A stretch of DNA of 64,000 nucleotides from Octopus vulgaris (taxonomy: Eukaryota), in contig OX597838.1 in the NCBI GenBank assembly GCA_951406725.2, positions 2,108,001-2,172,000 on the forward strand, in the 5' to 3' direction. Shown here piece by piece: positions 1 through 15,967 of the stretch; the stretch's first letter is position 1, and each line of letters opens with the position of its first letter. Made by a program: the position numbers and the translations under genes. The notes beneath the pieces were generated by a model, which made no database searches, was not told where the DNA came from, and saw nothing but the letters and a program-made list of their open reading frames with translations.

Positions 1-260
1 ATATATAAAAGTAAAATGAAGTATTATAAGCAGCTCTTTTAATGATGAATTTTAAAACGCACACACACATACACACACATGCACACACACGCGCATATAA
101 ACTCACACACACGCGCATATAAACTCACACACAACTACAAACACACAAGCATTTTACTCTGCGTGCCAATTGTATATAAATATATGTATAGATATATATT
201 ACATATATATATGTGCGTGTGTGTGTGTGTGTCCATATATATGAATATATATATATATAG

Positions 261-345
<85 letters not shown>

Positions 346-359
346 TATACATAACTTTT

Positions 360-482
360 AACTTTTATTTTTTCAGTCATTAGTCTACGACCATCCTGGG
401 GCACCAACTAGAGCATTTTTAGTAAGAACGAATCAACCCTAGTCCTTTTTTTTAAAAAAGCCTCGTACTTATTCTATCAGCC
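360..482 (+). mobile_element. SINE-like dispersed repeat, family C (…ccatgctggggcaccgcc…), partial copy
   Basis: Shares cagtc..gccat(g/c)ctggggcacc…tagtcgaac…tacttattctatc with copies at ~12505, ~56625 and ~62490. Confidence 0.6.
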
Positions 483-992
483 ATCCTCTTAGAGCCATTT
501 GCATTTCTGTGCGTGGTACGTACAACCGGAAGGAAGTCCTGATGGACAGAGAATTTCTTTAATTCGATATAAGATATGTACTTCGGCATGCTTCTTCAAC
601 GAAATTTTGAAGTTACAATGAATTCCTTCCAAATACATTTGTTTGAAAGTATTTGCGTATGATGGTGTGTATTTGTTTTGTATGTGCATTTAAAAAACAA
701 TAAGTTTTATAAAACTAGTCTCGTTTCCTCCTCTTTACAATTTGTCAAAGACTGTCTCTGACAAACTCGGCCAAGATATTTTTTTTGCGAATTTAAAAAA
801 ATATAAATACATCCACTTCGCATTTATGAATTCAGTACATTTTTCAAAATTGCTTTCTTTCCCTCGTTTATTTTTCTAACGGAAACATACAATAAAAGCG
901 ACAATAACAACAACAACAACACACGCCAATATGTTGTATATATATATATATGTATGTATGCATGTATGTGTGTATGTTCATGTATATATATG

Positions 993-1024
<32 letters not shown>

Positions 1025-1074
1025 TATATACATACATATATATATACATATATATATAGATATGTATATATATG

Positions 1075-1149
<75 letters not shown>

Positions 1150-2521
1150 GGATAGAGAGACAGAGCGAGAGAGAGATTATAGTGTTTGAGATAAAAAATA
1201 TGTTTCCTCTTTTATTGAACATTGAATGAGTAAAGAGAATGAGATGAATTATAAATCTTATTTGAGAATTAGTCAAAATTTTGACAATGTAAAGCGACGT
1301 TAGTAATGGCGATGACGAACATCAGCTGTTTTCGTTTCATGCTGGCGCAAATGACTCTATTGTAACAACCTATTGTGGCTGCTTATTATATTGTACTTTG
1401 TCATGATTATCGAGGTTGGTAGCGGTGGTGAGGGTGTAAGCAATTGCGGTGGTGGTCGTGGTCCTGGTGTTTCCGATGGATGTAGCAAAGTGGTAGTGGT
1501 GCTGGGAGGATGGTACTGCTTTTGGTAGAAAAATTCTTCTTGTTGATTTTCGTGGTGGTGGTGGTGGTGGTGGTGGTGGCGGAGTGCTGTTGCCGGTTTG
1601 TTGTTTTAGCTGTCGATGGAATACGTGGTGATGTTGCTGGTGGCAATATTTGTGGACAGTGTGGTGTGGTCGCAGCATTGATGGTGACCAAGGATGGTTT
1701 TGTGGCCAGTGGGGAAAGTTCTACTTAAAACTTCAATGTCCTTTGTTGTTGTTGTTGCTCCTGCTGCTGCTGTCGTTTCGACCAAGGCTAGAAATGTTAT
1801 AATCAAATACAGCTCTTATCAAATGCAACCCAACCGTGACCATCCGGTCTTTCACTTCTCTTCAAGGAACACACAAAAACGTTATCCAAAGTGTCTGTGT
1901 TTAAGATGGTAGGGAGTAGTTTACGCGAGATTTAGCTGTTGCATCTAGCAATATGTAGAGGCCCACACCGATGGTGGGGATGTTTGTGGAAAGGGGTAAT
2001 GAAGCTGATGTTGTTGCTGCTGCAGGGAGTGGTGGCCAGATGTGGGGGTCGTGGTTATAGTAGTCAATAGAAACGTTAAGGAGGTGGAGTAGTGAAGGCT
2101 GTGGTGGCGGTGGTTGTGGATGTGCCAATGGTAAGACATGGTAGGTATTGGTAGTGGTGGCGTTGATTGTGGTTGTGGTGGTGGAGGTTTTGATGCTCGT
2201 ATTATAGTGGTGGTGTTGGTGGTAATGTTGGAAGCTTTGCTAGTGATGGTGGTGGTGATGGGTGTAGTTTTGATAATGGTGTTGAGGATCGTACTGGTAG
2301 CAGTGGTAGTTGTGGTGAAGGTCATAATGGTAGTGGTGGTGGCGGCGGTGGTGGTGTGAAAGAAGCCGTATTTGCTGATGGTTATCGTCGTGTCGCTGAT
2401 GATGATGATGATGATGATGATAGTTATAGTGATGACGATGGTGTTACTGTTCGTGGAGAAGTCTACTGGTAAACTATATTTGTGGTGAATAGTTGTCTAT
2501 AGCTGAAATAGCTGACAATGC

Positions 2522-2558
<37 letters not shown>

Positions 2559-3579
2559 GCTGTCAGTGAAGATATTGGTGCTTGCTGTGAAGATAGAATG
2601 GTTATCACAGATAACACTGTTTCAAAGGAATGATCATATTTTTGATCGATCTATTAATCATCTCCTACATTCTTTTTCTCTATATTTTCAATTGATTTTC
2701 TTTCAGTGTTTTTTTATGAGGTGGGGCGGATAGAAGAGGCTGCGCTCCTCTTTATTCCTTTCTGTCTTGTCTTATTATACTTTTATGTCTTTCGTACTTT
2801 CTTTTCATCTGTCTCTCAAGTCTTCATTTTGATTTTCATTTATCTCTCACATACTGTCTTTCGCCCTCTCTGGCACAAATTCCCTTCCTCTTTTCTTTTT
2901 TCTTTCCTCCCTTACTGCTTTTTCTTTATCTCTTTTCCCTCGAATGTCTTTCATTATTTCTTTATTTATTTCTTACTATTCTCTCTGCCTCATTTATCTC
3001 ACTGTCAGGTCGAAAAATAGAAAAATTATTACATTGCAGTCAATATATATACATGCATACACATGTGTATACACACATATATATGTATACATATAAATGC
3101 GCATATGTATGTATATAATAATTAGCATTTACTATAAGAATACCAATATGTGGTGAGAGTATGTAGGAGTTTGCGCACATTTAAACTATTATTTACAAAT
3201 GTATAATAATTAGTATATATGTATGTGCTTACATAAGCATCTATAAATGCACGCACTCACACCAGATGATATATATATATATATATATATACGGGGCGTG
3301 TGTGTGTGAGAGTGTGAGTTGTATTATGTATACGCCCGCGTGTGATTTAATAGCTATCACTTTAATGTTTTGCATCATTAGGTTTTCTCAATATGAGTAG
3401 GTACGTGTGTGTGTGTGTGTGTGTGGCAGGGTTTGTGTGTGTTGGTGTGTATGTGCGTGTTTCCATGTACATAGGATTACGTATATGTGTGTGTATAAAC
3501 TTAAGAATATGGCAGCTGCTCATATCTCAAAAGTCAGTCTGCCTCTCTATCTCTCTCTGTCTTCCTAAACAACACATTA

Positions 3580-3617
<38 letters not shown>

Positions 3618-3925
3618 GTACATGTATAGATATATGCATAAATACATACGTATAAACGTTCATACACATATACATACACTACATACATTTAAATGTAATT
3701 CGTTGTGTGACAGTTTGTCAGAATGTATGTATATATGTATGTATATATGTATATATGAATGTAAGTAAGCATGCGTTTATACATATATATATGTGTGGGG
3801 GGGTATGTGTGTGTGTGTTTGTGTGTGTGCGTGTGTATGCGTGTGTATGTGTATATGTACATAGTTCTGCATTTGTTTTTGAAGAGAATGGCATAGAGTG
3901 AACGAGAGAGAGACAGACAGACGAC

Positions 3926-4005
<80 letters not shown>

Positions 4006-4377
4006 TGATACAAGGCATCGAAATGAGATGACGAGCAAGTGGGAGAGATGGCGATAAAATTAGACACAAACTGCTGATTGGACAAAAATTGGCAGGACAA
4101 AGAAGTGCAAAGAATACACACACACGCATATATATATATAGGTATATAGATAGATATTTACATACACACACTGATTTATATATATATAAGTCTACCCATA
4201 TCTAGGTATATATATATATATATATAGATATAGATACGTTTAAATGTGTATATGTATATGAGTATGTGTGCATGCGTGTGTATCTACACATTTATATACG
4301 TGTATAGAGATATATGTATATATAGTATATATATATAGTATATGAATATATATGGTATACAAATATATAAATATATT

Positions 4378-4441
<64 letters not shown>

Positions 4442-4929
4442 GAACGTAACATTGTCACCAGTATATTTGTACAAATAACAGCCTACGCCAATATACTCAT
4501 GATCATTCATAAAGAACTATTATGTATTTACGCACATATACACACAAGCGCGCACACACACATGTGTGTGCGTATATATAAAAATGTATGAATATATGTA
4601 TGTATGTATGTCTGTATATACACACATGTATATAAGTATGTATGTCTTTCTAAATTCTTAATATTCCTTTCATAATTTTGACGGTCAATTCTCCATATTT
4701 CTTTTCACTGTAGGTTGTCGTATATGTGTGTATGTGTGTGTGCGTGCTCATTTATTTGTTTGTGTGTGTGTACGTATATGTATATATGTATGCAAAAACA
4801 AATATAAACAAATACATATATACATATATATCCGTATGTACCTTTATTTCTCATATATATATATGAATATGTATATATGTATAAACGTTTATATATACAT
4901 AAATGTCTGTACGTTTATACATACACACA

Positions 4930-4939
4930 TATAATGTGT

Positions 4940-4973
<34 letters not shown>

Positions 4974-5167
4974 ATATGTATATGTATACATATATATATG
5001 TATATGTATACATATATATATATATGTGTATATATGTATATGTATACATTTATTTATATACATATATATGTATACATATACATACTTATATATGCATATG
5101 TATACATATATATATATATATATGTATGTATATGTATACATATATATATATATATGTGTGTATATGT

Positions 5168-5219
<52 letters not shown>

Positions 5220-5223
5220 GTAT

Positions 5224-5269
<46 letters not shown>

Positions 5270-5295
5270 GTATACATACATATATATGAATATAT
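4930..5295. repeat. Compound (TA)n/(TACA)n microsatellite
   Basis: Directly visible; source of the YIYI ORFs. Confidence 0.95.
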
Positions 5296-5696
5296 ATTTT
5301 GATGCGTAAGTATGTGTAGAATGTGATAGCGATGTATTTATTCAAACAAACCCACATACGTCAAAGTGATTCTATTGAGAAAGGAACAACTGATTTCCAC
5401 CGTGTACACCAAATTGTATTTCAGATAGACACCTACAGCCGTAGAGTTAATAAACACACTCACACTTAATCAAATACCTACAAACCCTGCTATTAACACT
5501 AACACCCAATACGTTGTAAGATTTCAATAAATTCTACTCATTATTGCTAGGTGTACGAATTATATTTGTGTCTGTGTGTGTGTGCGTGTGTATGGGAGTG
5601 TATATAAGAATGTATAAAAGAACACTCAGCTCACACAAAATAAAGTATTTTAACTTTACATATAAAGATGTACATGTATACGTATATACATATATA

Positions 5697-5740
<44 letters not shown>

Positions 5741-5934
5741 CACACACACATATATATATGTATACATATATACATATATGTATATGTATTCATTTGTGAG
5801 TGTGTGTATGTAGGGAGGTAAATATATGTATGTATGTATATATGTGTATATATGTACATACACACACTCAAACACACATAAAAATTCATATGCACAATTA
5901 CCAGCATTCATATATCTGCGTAGTCTGTTAGACA

Positions 5935-6035
5935 CAAGACGCTCGCATAATCATCCCACGCAGCGTAACCGAAACATGGGTCAGCTTATTGGGAAGCATA
6001 TTTGATATAAGCATATAGCCATGCCTGCAGCCGTT
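5935..6035 (-). mobile_element. Degenerate tRNA-head SINE 5' fragment
   Basis: Reverse complement resembles the ggcacaggagtggct…aagcttgcttcccaac…gggttcagtcccactgcgt head at 25703. Confidence 0.45.
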
Positions 6036-6546
6036 TCTTTCTGAAATTATATAGTGCTTTTATATGTCTGTGTACAAATTGAAGTGGAAACCCTCGACCA
6101 ACACTGAACATACCTGGACAGATTAAGGTGCTTCAAATTTATATTCACATGAACCGGCTTCATTCCTGAAACCAAAAAACGAAATATTTAGTCTCTATGA
6201 AATTTGTTTTGGTAATGTTGTGCTGACAAACGCCCAGAAAATATAGACACCGACACAGCTCTCCTTTTTAGCCACAGCTGACATCGTACCATTGGAGGTA
6301 ACTTCACTTTTTCTCTTGTAATGTGTTATAAAATTCTCAACACCTTTTACATTACGAATGTTATCACTCGTAAGCGCAGGACGATTGTATATTCACCCCT
6401 ACAATGCATAAATAGGGTATGTGCTACAGGTCAACACCTCCGAAGCATACCTCAATATTAGAAAGTGCTATAATCCGCGTGAAACCGTTAGTGAGTTTCT
6501 GACCGGTTTTATATAACACAACCAGGAATATGCTGCTCGACAATGC

Positions 6547-6655
<109 letters not shown>

Positions 6656-6669
6656 GATTTGTATATGTA

Positions 6670-6701
<32 letters not shown>

Positions 6702-7974
6702 CCTATCAAATATCATACCATATCATATATACTAGATATCATTTTACAAATGAATGAGAAGAGGACAAAATACGTGTAAGACGATGTAAGCAGACCAGGC
6801 AAAGTTTCGAGATAACTGACGTTGGTGTTGTTAGAAACCCACTTTCCCTCTCTCCCGCCTAACCGAGGATTAACTCTTCAGATTACGCAGGATTAGGCTT
6901 ACTGGTAATTTAAGTGTAACTTCATTTTTTTTTTTTACTATTATGCCACAACTGCGCGATTTGTAGTTGGATAAGGTTATTGTTTTTCTGGTAACTCAAA
7001 TTTATAGTTTTGTTGAACTCTCATTTCAGTTACTCGTTAATATCTTTGGTAACGAGGCTGAAGACTGAAAACCAACTGCGCATGCGTAACTAAAAGGCGT
7101 TCTGATATACGCAATGAACACAATGAATGGTTGCAACATTCGGTTTCGCTAGCATTCACGAACGAACCACAAGGCAGCCACCAAATATAAACTGAGGTCA
7201 TGAAACAATCGCGAGTATAAAACAGCTGTCAACGGAAGACTTCATTCGGCATTCAGCCCTCCTAATATAACCCTGACAAGTCAGACACGAATTTAATCAT
7301 GGCAGGAACGCAACACTTCCTTCTAAAAACACAAGTACACAACACATCCATCTTCACCAGACACACACAAGACTGTCACCACAAAATGGCTGCACAATTT
7401 ATTTATTGTACGAACAAAAGCGTCAACAATGATTGATCGTTGTTTTGACACTGTGTCAACAAAGCAAGTTTCCAAAGAAATTTCTGTTGAATATTAGAAA
7501 TTTTTCAAGTCAAAGTAGTGGCATTGCTCTGCATATATTTAGATGAGGTCTCCTACACATACATAAACACATACATACACATATTCATATACATACAGGC
7601 ATACACATACACACACATATATATTTTTATATATTTGCATACAAATACCTCACGATACAAACGAAAACTGATATGGCAACAAGTTATTTTTTTCCACTGA
7701 AAGTGATCAGTAAATAATTAAAAATTAATTAAAGTTACGATAACAATATCCGAAGGGAGGAAATAGAACAGCATTGACGAATGTCAACAAGGCCAATATT
7801 TATATATTTCTATAACCGTTTAATCAATTACATGGCTTTCGATGATGATACACATACACACATATATATATATATATGTATATGATAGTGTTTTGTATAT
7901 GCATACACTATATAATCACGTTACATACATGCATACAAGATATATACATATGTGCGTATGTTGAATGCTTTTAT

Positions 7975-9440
7975 ATCTAGTTATAATCCAAATCGTTTAC
8001 CTAATTATTTATCGTTTATTTTTGCTGACCTCGAAATGCAATCAGAGGAAGAACAACCTGAGAATAAATGTAACAAAAAAAGCTTCTTTCCCTCCCTCTT
8101 AGATAAACGTACCCGAAAAATAATCAGAGAAATATTCCACAAAGAATGAGTTCGAAGAATCTTACTTCAATGAGGTTATTAGGGAAATAAAAGATACAGA
8201 TTTCGCAGGTTTAAACTTAAAATGTCGCAGGTTTTTGAATCAGACTTTGTAAAGGTGATGAAAAAAGATTTATTTGGAAATTATTCCGATAGTTTTTAAA
8301 ATCATAAAAGGAACATTAAAAAGTTCCACAAATATTCATAATTTATTGAGTAAAATCCAGAACTTTTATAAAAGTGACACACCCGCTTATCACGCACTTT
8401 CTGAATTCTTCTTAATAGTTATTAAATGAAACCATTGCATCTCTAAGTGACATTATCAACTCAAAAGAGAAGTAAATAACAACGAAATTTAAAGAAGAGA
8501 GAAGAGGGGATTAGCTAAAACTGTTTTTAAGGAAAAGCAAGATAATTTCTTAATCCGGTTAAGTTTAATTTGGGCAGGATTAGTAAAATATTTAAGTGTA
8601 CATAATATTTATTATAATATTTAATATAAAGCCTGTAACATACCGTTAGGGAATAACAGCATTTCTCCAATCAAGTCGATTAATTGCGTACAACAATGTC
8701 ATTTCAAATTAATACTGTGAGACATAGCAGAATCCTGAAAGTTCGAAGCTGATCCACCAAATAAATTTATTCTTCACAAAGACAACTGCGTCTCGCAATG
8801 ACGGTGATACGAACATTTTCATACATATGGGAAAATGCTTTTTAGTTTTCCAGTAAACATACTGGGATAAAAAATGGCAAAGAACATTATGATTGTTCGA
8901 TGGGGTCGTTTGAGGGAGCTGAGTTACCTCAAGTAAAATGGTGATATAACATTAACCTTTTGCTTTATAGACTCTGGTTCATAGAATGACAGATTGTTTG
9001 TGTCCCGTTACACGACTGGTCACCGATTGGAAATATTCTGGAAAATATTCATCAACGCTTCCCAAAATTAAAATAGAAACTAAGAATTTTAAGAATGGAT
9101 GTTCTTATTAATATATCTCTTTGGGGAATAAATAAATATTCGTTATAGAGAAAGCGAAATGATAACGTGCAATATATCATTGGGTTTATGATATTGATAT
9201 TTTAAAATAAGCCTCCATAGACTTACAAAGTTTTGTAAGTAAAATAAACAAAGGAATTCTCGACACTTTTTCCGTTGAAGATTCATTTCATAATTCAGTT
9301 TTTTTATTTCTTCGGCGCCTGAAATAGTTGTCTGTCAAATTATGGTAAGTGTCATACACCAAATAACGCGGATTTCTTTACACGAAAAGGAAAAAGACAA
9401 CATGGAAAAATATGGTATAATCCTCCTTTAATATTGCTCA
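7975..9440 (+). mobile_element. Decayed Penelope-like retroelement reverse transcriptase (pseudogenised)
   Basis: 8888-8926 reads YDCSMGSFEGAEL (PLE RT motif FDVTMGSxDGAE); ~8975 reads GS*NDRL (decayed GLYRDDGL); ~9410 reads IWYNPP (PLE IIWFNPP motif); many stops and frameshifts. Confidence 0.75.
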
Positions 9441-9589
9441 AAAATTCAGAAGGGGGTAAAGGAAAATTGCTGCAGGGAAGAGAGATTCTAACGTTTCCGA
9501 GTGAGAGCATCCTTCATTGTGAAGCTGAGTCGAGAAATGCGAATAGCAGTAAAGTGTAACACTTGCTACCACACATTCAAACTTACACA

Positions 9590-9735
<146 letters not shown>

Positions 9736-10191
9736 TCTGTCTGTCTGTCTATCTATTTGTCTATCTATCTATTTATCTGTCTGTGTGTCTGTCTGTATCT
9801 CACTCTCTCTATCTCTCTCTCTCACTATATATATATATATATATATATGTATAGGAATCTCTCACTATGTATATAAGATATGAATGATTATGAGTTTACA
9901 CATACATATATATATATATATGCAATATGCACAAAGAAGCAAAATATTGAAGAATTAACAGACAAAGAAATTTTCAAAGGAAAATGTAGCACTTCATTTA
10001 TATGGTTCTCTAAATTTAATGGCGGTGCTTTAATTCTTAGACTGTAAAATCGTCTCCATCTTTGTAGCAAAATGCAAGAGATTCAATAGGAAGCATAATA
10101 ACAACACACACACATACACACACACACCACTCCCACAAACGCACGCATAACATACGAAAATATATGCGTATACACATATACGTAAATATAA

Positions 10192-10260
<69 letters not shown>

Positions 10261-10646
10261 ATACTTATATTTTCAGAACATACACCCGAGAAAATATCAC
10301 ATAAGGCTTCGTCAATAAAAATAGAGAAGACACTCCCAAATCATATGTAAACACACGTGTGTATATATTCCTGCAGACAGACGTAGAAACACACACGCAA
10401 ACACACCACACCACACCACACCACACCACACAGGCACGTGTGCGTATTATCCAGGTATACAGGAGAAGAGAAATGAAAAATGTACTTTTATAAGATTTAT
10501 ATAAACTGTGAGAGTAGATAACTTCCGGCTCATGAAATATGATATTTATGTCGGTAACAATACAAGCAGATATTGTCTGTATTGTTATAATAAAGGATAT
10601 AACCTGTGAAATAGCATATATATATATATATATTGCTGTTTGTTTG

Positions 10647-10769
<123 letters not shown>

Positions 10770-10947
10770 AGAGAGAGAGATAGATATGTGTGTGTTTATG
10801 CATGTGTATACATCTTGGTATAAATAAATATTTACATATAAATGTATGGATGTATGCATATATACACATATGTGTAAATGTATTTAAAGGTTATTTGTAT
10901 ATTTATTCATACATATGAGTGTGCATTCGTGTATATGTATATATATA

Positions 10948-11011
<64 letters not shown>

Positions 11012-11122
11012 TATATGACACAAAAGTACATATACCTAAACGTATAAACATTGGCATAAAGTCACGTATCAATCAATCAGTCTATTTATCAATATAAATA
11101 TATATATATATGAATATATATA

Positions 11123-11215
<93 letters not shown>

Positions 11216-11769
11216 ACTTGCACACGACTTGCATATATTTTAATGGGGAGATCATACTAGTACCCACCGACACACCCACAAATACACACGCAGCCAGAGT
11301 TATTCCTGAAGACACATTTCGGATTACATCTGTTGACTCTTACGGATAGATTTATTCGGCATCAATTTGCGTCTCCCCTCATTTCCTGTCCTCTTATCAT
11401 GTGACACATTTCACTGGTGCTCAGTATATACATACATATATACGCAAACGTGTACATGTATATGTATATGCTCGTGCGTGTACCTGTGTTTGTCTGAGTG
11501 TATGTGTGTGTGTATGTGGTTGTCTCATCACAATACATGTTTTAGTCAATTCACATGTAAAGTCAGTGTTTCGTTGTTATCCTTAACAAACACACACGCG
11601 CACACACGCACACACACATTCACACACAAACAAAGGCACAAGCAATACAAACACACGCGCACACACATATACACAAATCCACACGTTTATGTAGACTTCG
11701 TTTTCATTTCAAGAAAACCATTTTATCAGATCGAAGCTAGTTATTCTACTTCTACGGCTACTGCTACAG

Positions 11770-11833
<64 letters not shown>

Positions 11834-11834
11834 A

Positions 11835-11875
<41 letters not shown>

Positions 11876-11951
11876 TAATAATAATAATAATAATGATAAT
11901 AATAATGATAATAATAATAATAGTGGTCGTGATGATGATGATGACGACGAG

Positions 11952-12019
<68 letters not shown>

Positions 12020-12034
12020 TAATAATAATAATAA
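11770..12034. repeat. (ACT)n-(AAT)n-(GAT)n compound trinucleotide repeat
   Basis: Directly visible. Confidence 0.95.
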
Positions 12035-12504
12035 TGGCGGTAATAGTATTCTCTTTATTATCTCCAGTCTGAAATATTAATCACAAGTTTCCTATTTTTA
12101 AACAATAATGAAATATATTTTCTTAAAAACATGTATAAATATGTCTAAATTTATGAATCTCTGTTTAACAATGCTTTAACTCTATTTACAGATAGACGTG
12201 TTGCTATATACAGTAACGTCCCTTGTAGCTAAACACTCAATGAATCTTTACAAAACTGGCTGCGTCTTCACTCCAGTTGCACAAATTACTGACGAGGTGT
12301 CAGACATATTAACTGCCAATATAACTTTAATTAAACAAGTCAGTGTAATCGTTTCTGTGTAACAGTTTAGTTATCAGCGGAGGCTTGCTACATCGATGCA
12401 AACAAAATTGCCTTTGCTTTTAACATCGAAAATTATATCATTCTTAATAATTCTTATGTGGCGGACTGTGAGTATTCGAAAGTGTTATGATGCCGCTTAT
12501 CGCT

Positions 12505-12715
12505 TATTTCTATCAGACACTGGGCTGCGGCCATGCTGAGGCGCCACCTGGAAAGGATTTTTAGTCGAACAAATCGACCCTATTACTTAATTTCAAGTCT
12601 GGTGCTTATTCTAATGATGTATTTTGCCAGAATGCTAAGTTACGAGAATATAAAGAAACCAACACCGGTTACCAACCGTTGGTGGGGAACAAACACAACA
12701 CAAACACATAGCTCT
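12505..12715 (+). mobile_element. SINE-like dispersed repeat, family C
   Basis: ctgcggccatgctgaggcgccacc…tagtcgaacaaatcgaccc…gctaagttacg…aacaccggtt…caaacac, ending in a CA/TA tract; homologous to the 62490 and 56625 copies. Confidence 0.75.
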
Positions 12716-12797
12716 ACATACATATACATATATATATTTCAATTCATACATAACTACATATATGCATATATACATACATATATACATACATACATAT

Positions 12798-12883
<86 letters not shown>

Positions 12884-12991
12884 ATATATATAATTAATAT
12901 TAATATTAGGGAAGTTATTACCGAGTCCACAGGAGAGAAGTTCAATTTAGTGGTACTAAAATCAATTACTGTATTATATGCATATATATAG

Positions 12992-13262
12992 ATAGGTTTA
13001 AGAGACAGAATCACCCTCAAGCAACACGATCATCATTGAACGACATTATCCACGATAAGCACATATAGGACTAAATATTAAAAATTATTTCTAAATCGTA
13101 TACATTACATTATATAAACTGTAAATGTAATGTATACGATTTAGAATAAGAGTTGTAGATATTAATTTTAATAATCTTTAATATTTAGTCCTATATGTGC
13201 TTATCGTGGATAATGTCGTTCAATGATGATCGTGTTGCTTGAGGGTGATTCTGTCTCTAAAA

Positions 13263-13267
<5 letters not shown>
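12992..13267. repeat. Nested foldback (long inverted repeat) between TA tracts
   Basis: Outer arms 12992-13089 / 13170-13267 are near-perfect reverse complements; inner arms 13089-13110 / 13125-13146 are perfect (22 bp). Confidence 0.9.
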
Positions 13268-13298
<31 letters not shown>

Positions 13299-14201
13299 TG
13301 TGTGAGTGTGCATACATCAAAGACTATATAAGCATCTAATTATTAAAGAGGAAAAATTATCTGAAAAGCTATTTCTATTCTTTGTTATCTCAAATCATTC
13401 TACTACGGTAGTAGTTGAAGAACATTCTTAAGGCTGCAATTTACTCACACGCAGCACCTTCAGAGTTTTGTCACTAATTCACTTCTTAACCAAATTAAAA
13501 CTGCTAACATCTTTGAAGAGGGCTGATTCCTAGCGACATTTTGGTATAAAAAACGAATTGAGATTTGGTCCAACAGAAAAAGTTTGCATCAAAGTTTGTA
13601 GCAACACACACCTTCATTCAGTTTGGGAAGAAACCTTCTTTACTGCATAATCACTTTTGCGCCTACTTTCGTTGGCATTTTAAAAATCCGTGGCTGTCTC
13701 GGAATATGTATATTTGCCGTGCTACGCTGTAGCATCTCCGAATATAGGTACAGAATCTTTTGATATTATGGGTTCCGTTGTTTAGAAAATCAACTATATA
13801 TATATATACGACATATATTATTATTATGACATGAGTAGCGTCCTAAATAGATATGATATGTAAAATTTTATGTCAATTGTGGTATTATATAGATATAAGA
13901 CTATGTGTGTACGCGCGCGGGGGTGTATGTGTGAAAATAGATTTTCTTAACTGGAAAATTATTGATTTTAGTAAAAAACGTATCTTTAAAATGAATCACA
14001 TAACTATAGACCTGCTGAAAGAAAGAACTGTGTTAATCTGCTTTAAAAACATTTTTGAAATAATTAAACAATTCGATTAAGCATTTCACGATCGATAAAG
14101 CAAGGCACAGCTAAAGCAGAAGGGTGGGGTTAGGGAATAAATCTAGTAACTCGCGTTCTTCTCGTCAAAAGAATTCAAGCTTTTGTCCTAAAGTAGAAAT
14201 A

Positions 14202-14423
14202 GGGGCCAGTTTTCAGAATCGTTACCTTGGAGACAAAATGCTCAGCAACACTTTACCGAATGTACATGTTCTGAGTTCAAATTCCAACGATGTCAACTTT
14301 GCCTTTCATCCGTTGGAGGTCGATTAAATAAGTACCAGTGAAACACTGGGGTCGATATAATCGATTTGCTCCCTGCGCAAAAAATAACTTTTTGCCTTTG
14401 TGCCTTTAGTAGAAAGGATTATT
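14202..14423 (+). mobile_element. tRNA-derived SINE with Meta/MESC-like central domain (family A)
   Basis: gagttcaaattcc B-box-like motif followed by gcctttcatccgttggaggtcgattaaataagtaccag; ends in (ATT)n. Confidence 0.8.
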
Positions 14424-14985
14424 GTTACTATTATTATTATTGCTGTTGTTGTTGTAATAAAAGAAATAATAATTAGTGTTGTTGTTGTTTTGATGTTGAT
14501 GGTGATGATGATGAGGATGCTGAGGATTTTAATGATTATCTTCTTGCTAATTTTCTTTCAAAAACTATCGTTATCACCGTCCCCAGAGTCAGCAACACCA
14601 CCGCCAACACACCCACAACCGCCACCACCTCCACCGCCACCAACTCCACCTCCACAACCACCACCACCACCACCTCCACTACCACTACTACCATTATGCA
14701 TGATGCGCCACGGCTGTGTTTGCGCGCCATTTATTTCTCGTTGTGAACACAATAAAATCACTGATAGACACGATGTCTGATTCCTAACTGAGTGGGACAA
14801 AATGGCGGAGATGCTGGAAGACAGCAATTTCCGGAACTGATTAACTCAGGCCATAGACACGCATGCATGCATGTATGCATACATACATGCATTCATACAT
14901 ACATACATACATACATACATACACACACATACATACATACATACATACACACGTACATATAATCCTGTGTGTGGACATATATAGA

Positions 14986-15035
<50 letters not shown>

Positions 15036-15097
15036 TGCATAAATACACATATACATACATATACATATATACATATATATATATATCTATATGTATA

Positions 15098-15163
<66 letters not shown>

Positions 15164-15903
15164 GCACATATACATATATACATACACACACACACACATA
15201 TACATATATATATATTAATGTTTATCTATATACATACACATGCGCATATATAGTTATGTACATAGGTGCATACATACATCCAAGAACATACACAAACATA
15301 CACACCTAAATGTATGTAGGTGTGTGTGTATTTTATTGGCATTTTAACTGGTGCATATAAAGTTATTCATATATCAATATACATGAGGTTGGTGTATATA
15401 AATTCATTCATTAACGAGAAAACATACATGTAGTTATATATATATATGATGCGTATATAAGTGCGTATGCAAGTATGTGTGCGCACACACATGCACACAT
15501 ATAACTATATACATGTGTCTGGGATTATATATTTATATATATATATACATGTATATGTATATATATGTATATATTCGTCTCAACAATTATATATGATATA
15601 TACATGTATATATGTGTGTGTATAACAATTTACATATAAATAGCTGTATAGCAATATATCAAATAAATGACATTATATTTCTATGTGTATATATCTGTAT
15701 TTATATATGTGTATATATTTATACACAGGCGCGCGCACACCCGTACACACACACACACACGTATAATATGCATAGAAATATACTATTTATTGTAGTGGTT
15801 TCACTCACATAATATCGTTCAATCGTCACTTTTTACAGTAAATGACCTACGCCCACCCTGGAGCACCGCTTTAAATGTATACGTTACATATATATAAATA
15901 TAC

Positions 15904-15967
<64 letters not shown>

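Noticed and set aside
7070-7395. NRF1-like TGCGCATGCG and YY1-like CAAAATGGCTGC as a promoter
   Set aside because: YY1-like strings recur across the window, and no first exon or CpG-rich context is evident
12192-12362. Plus-strand acceptor followed by a ~56-codon open frame
   Set aside because: No convincing donor, partner exon or recognisable motif
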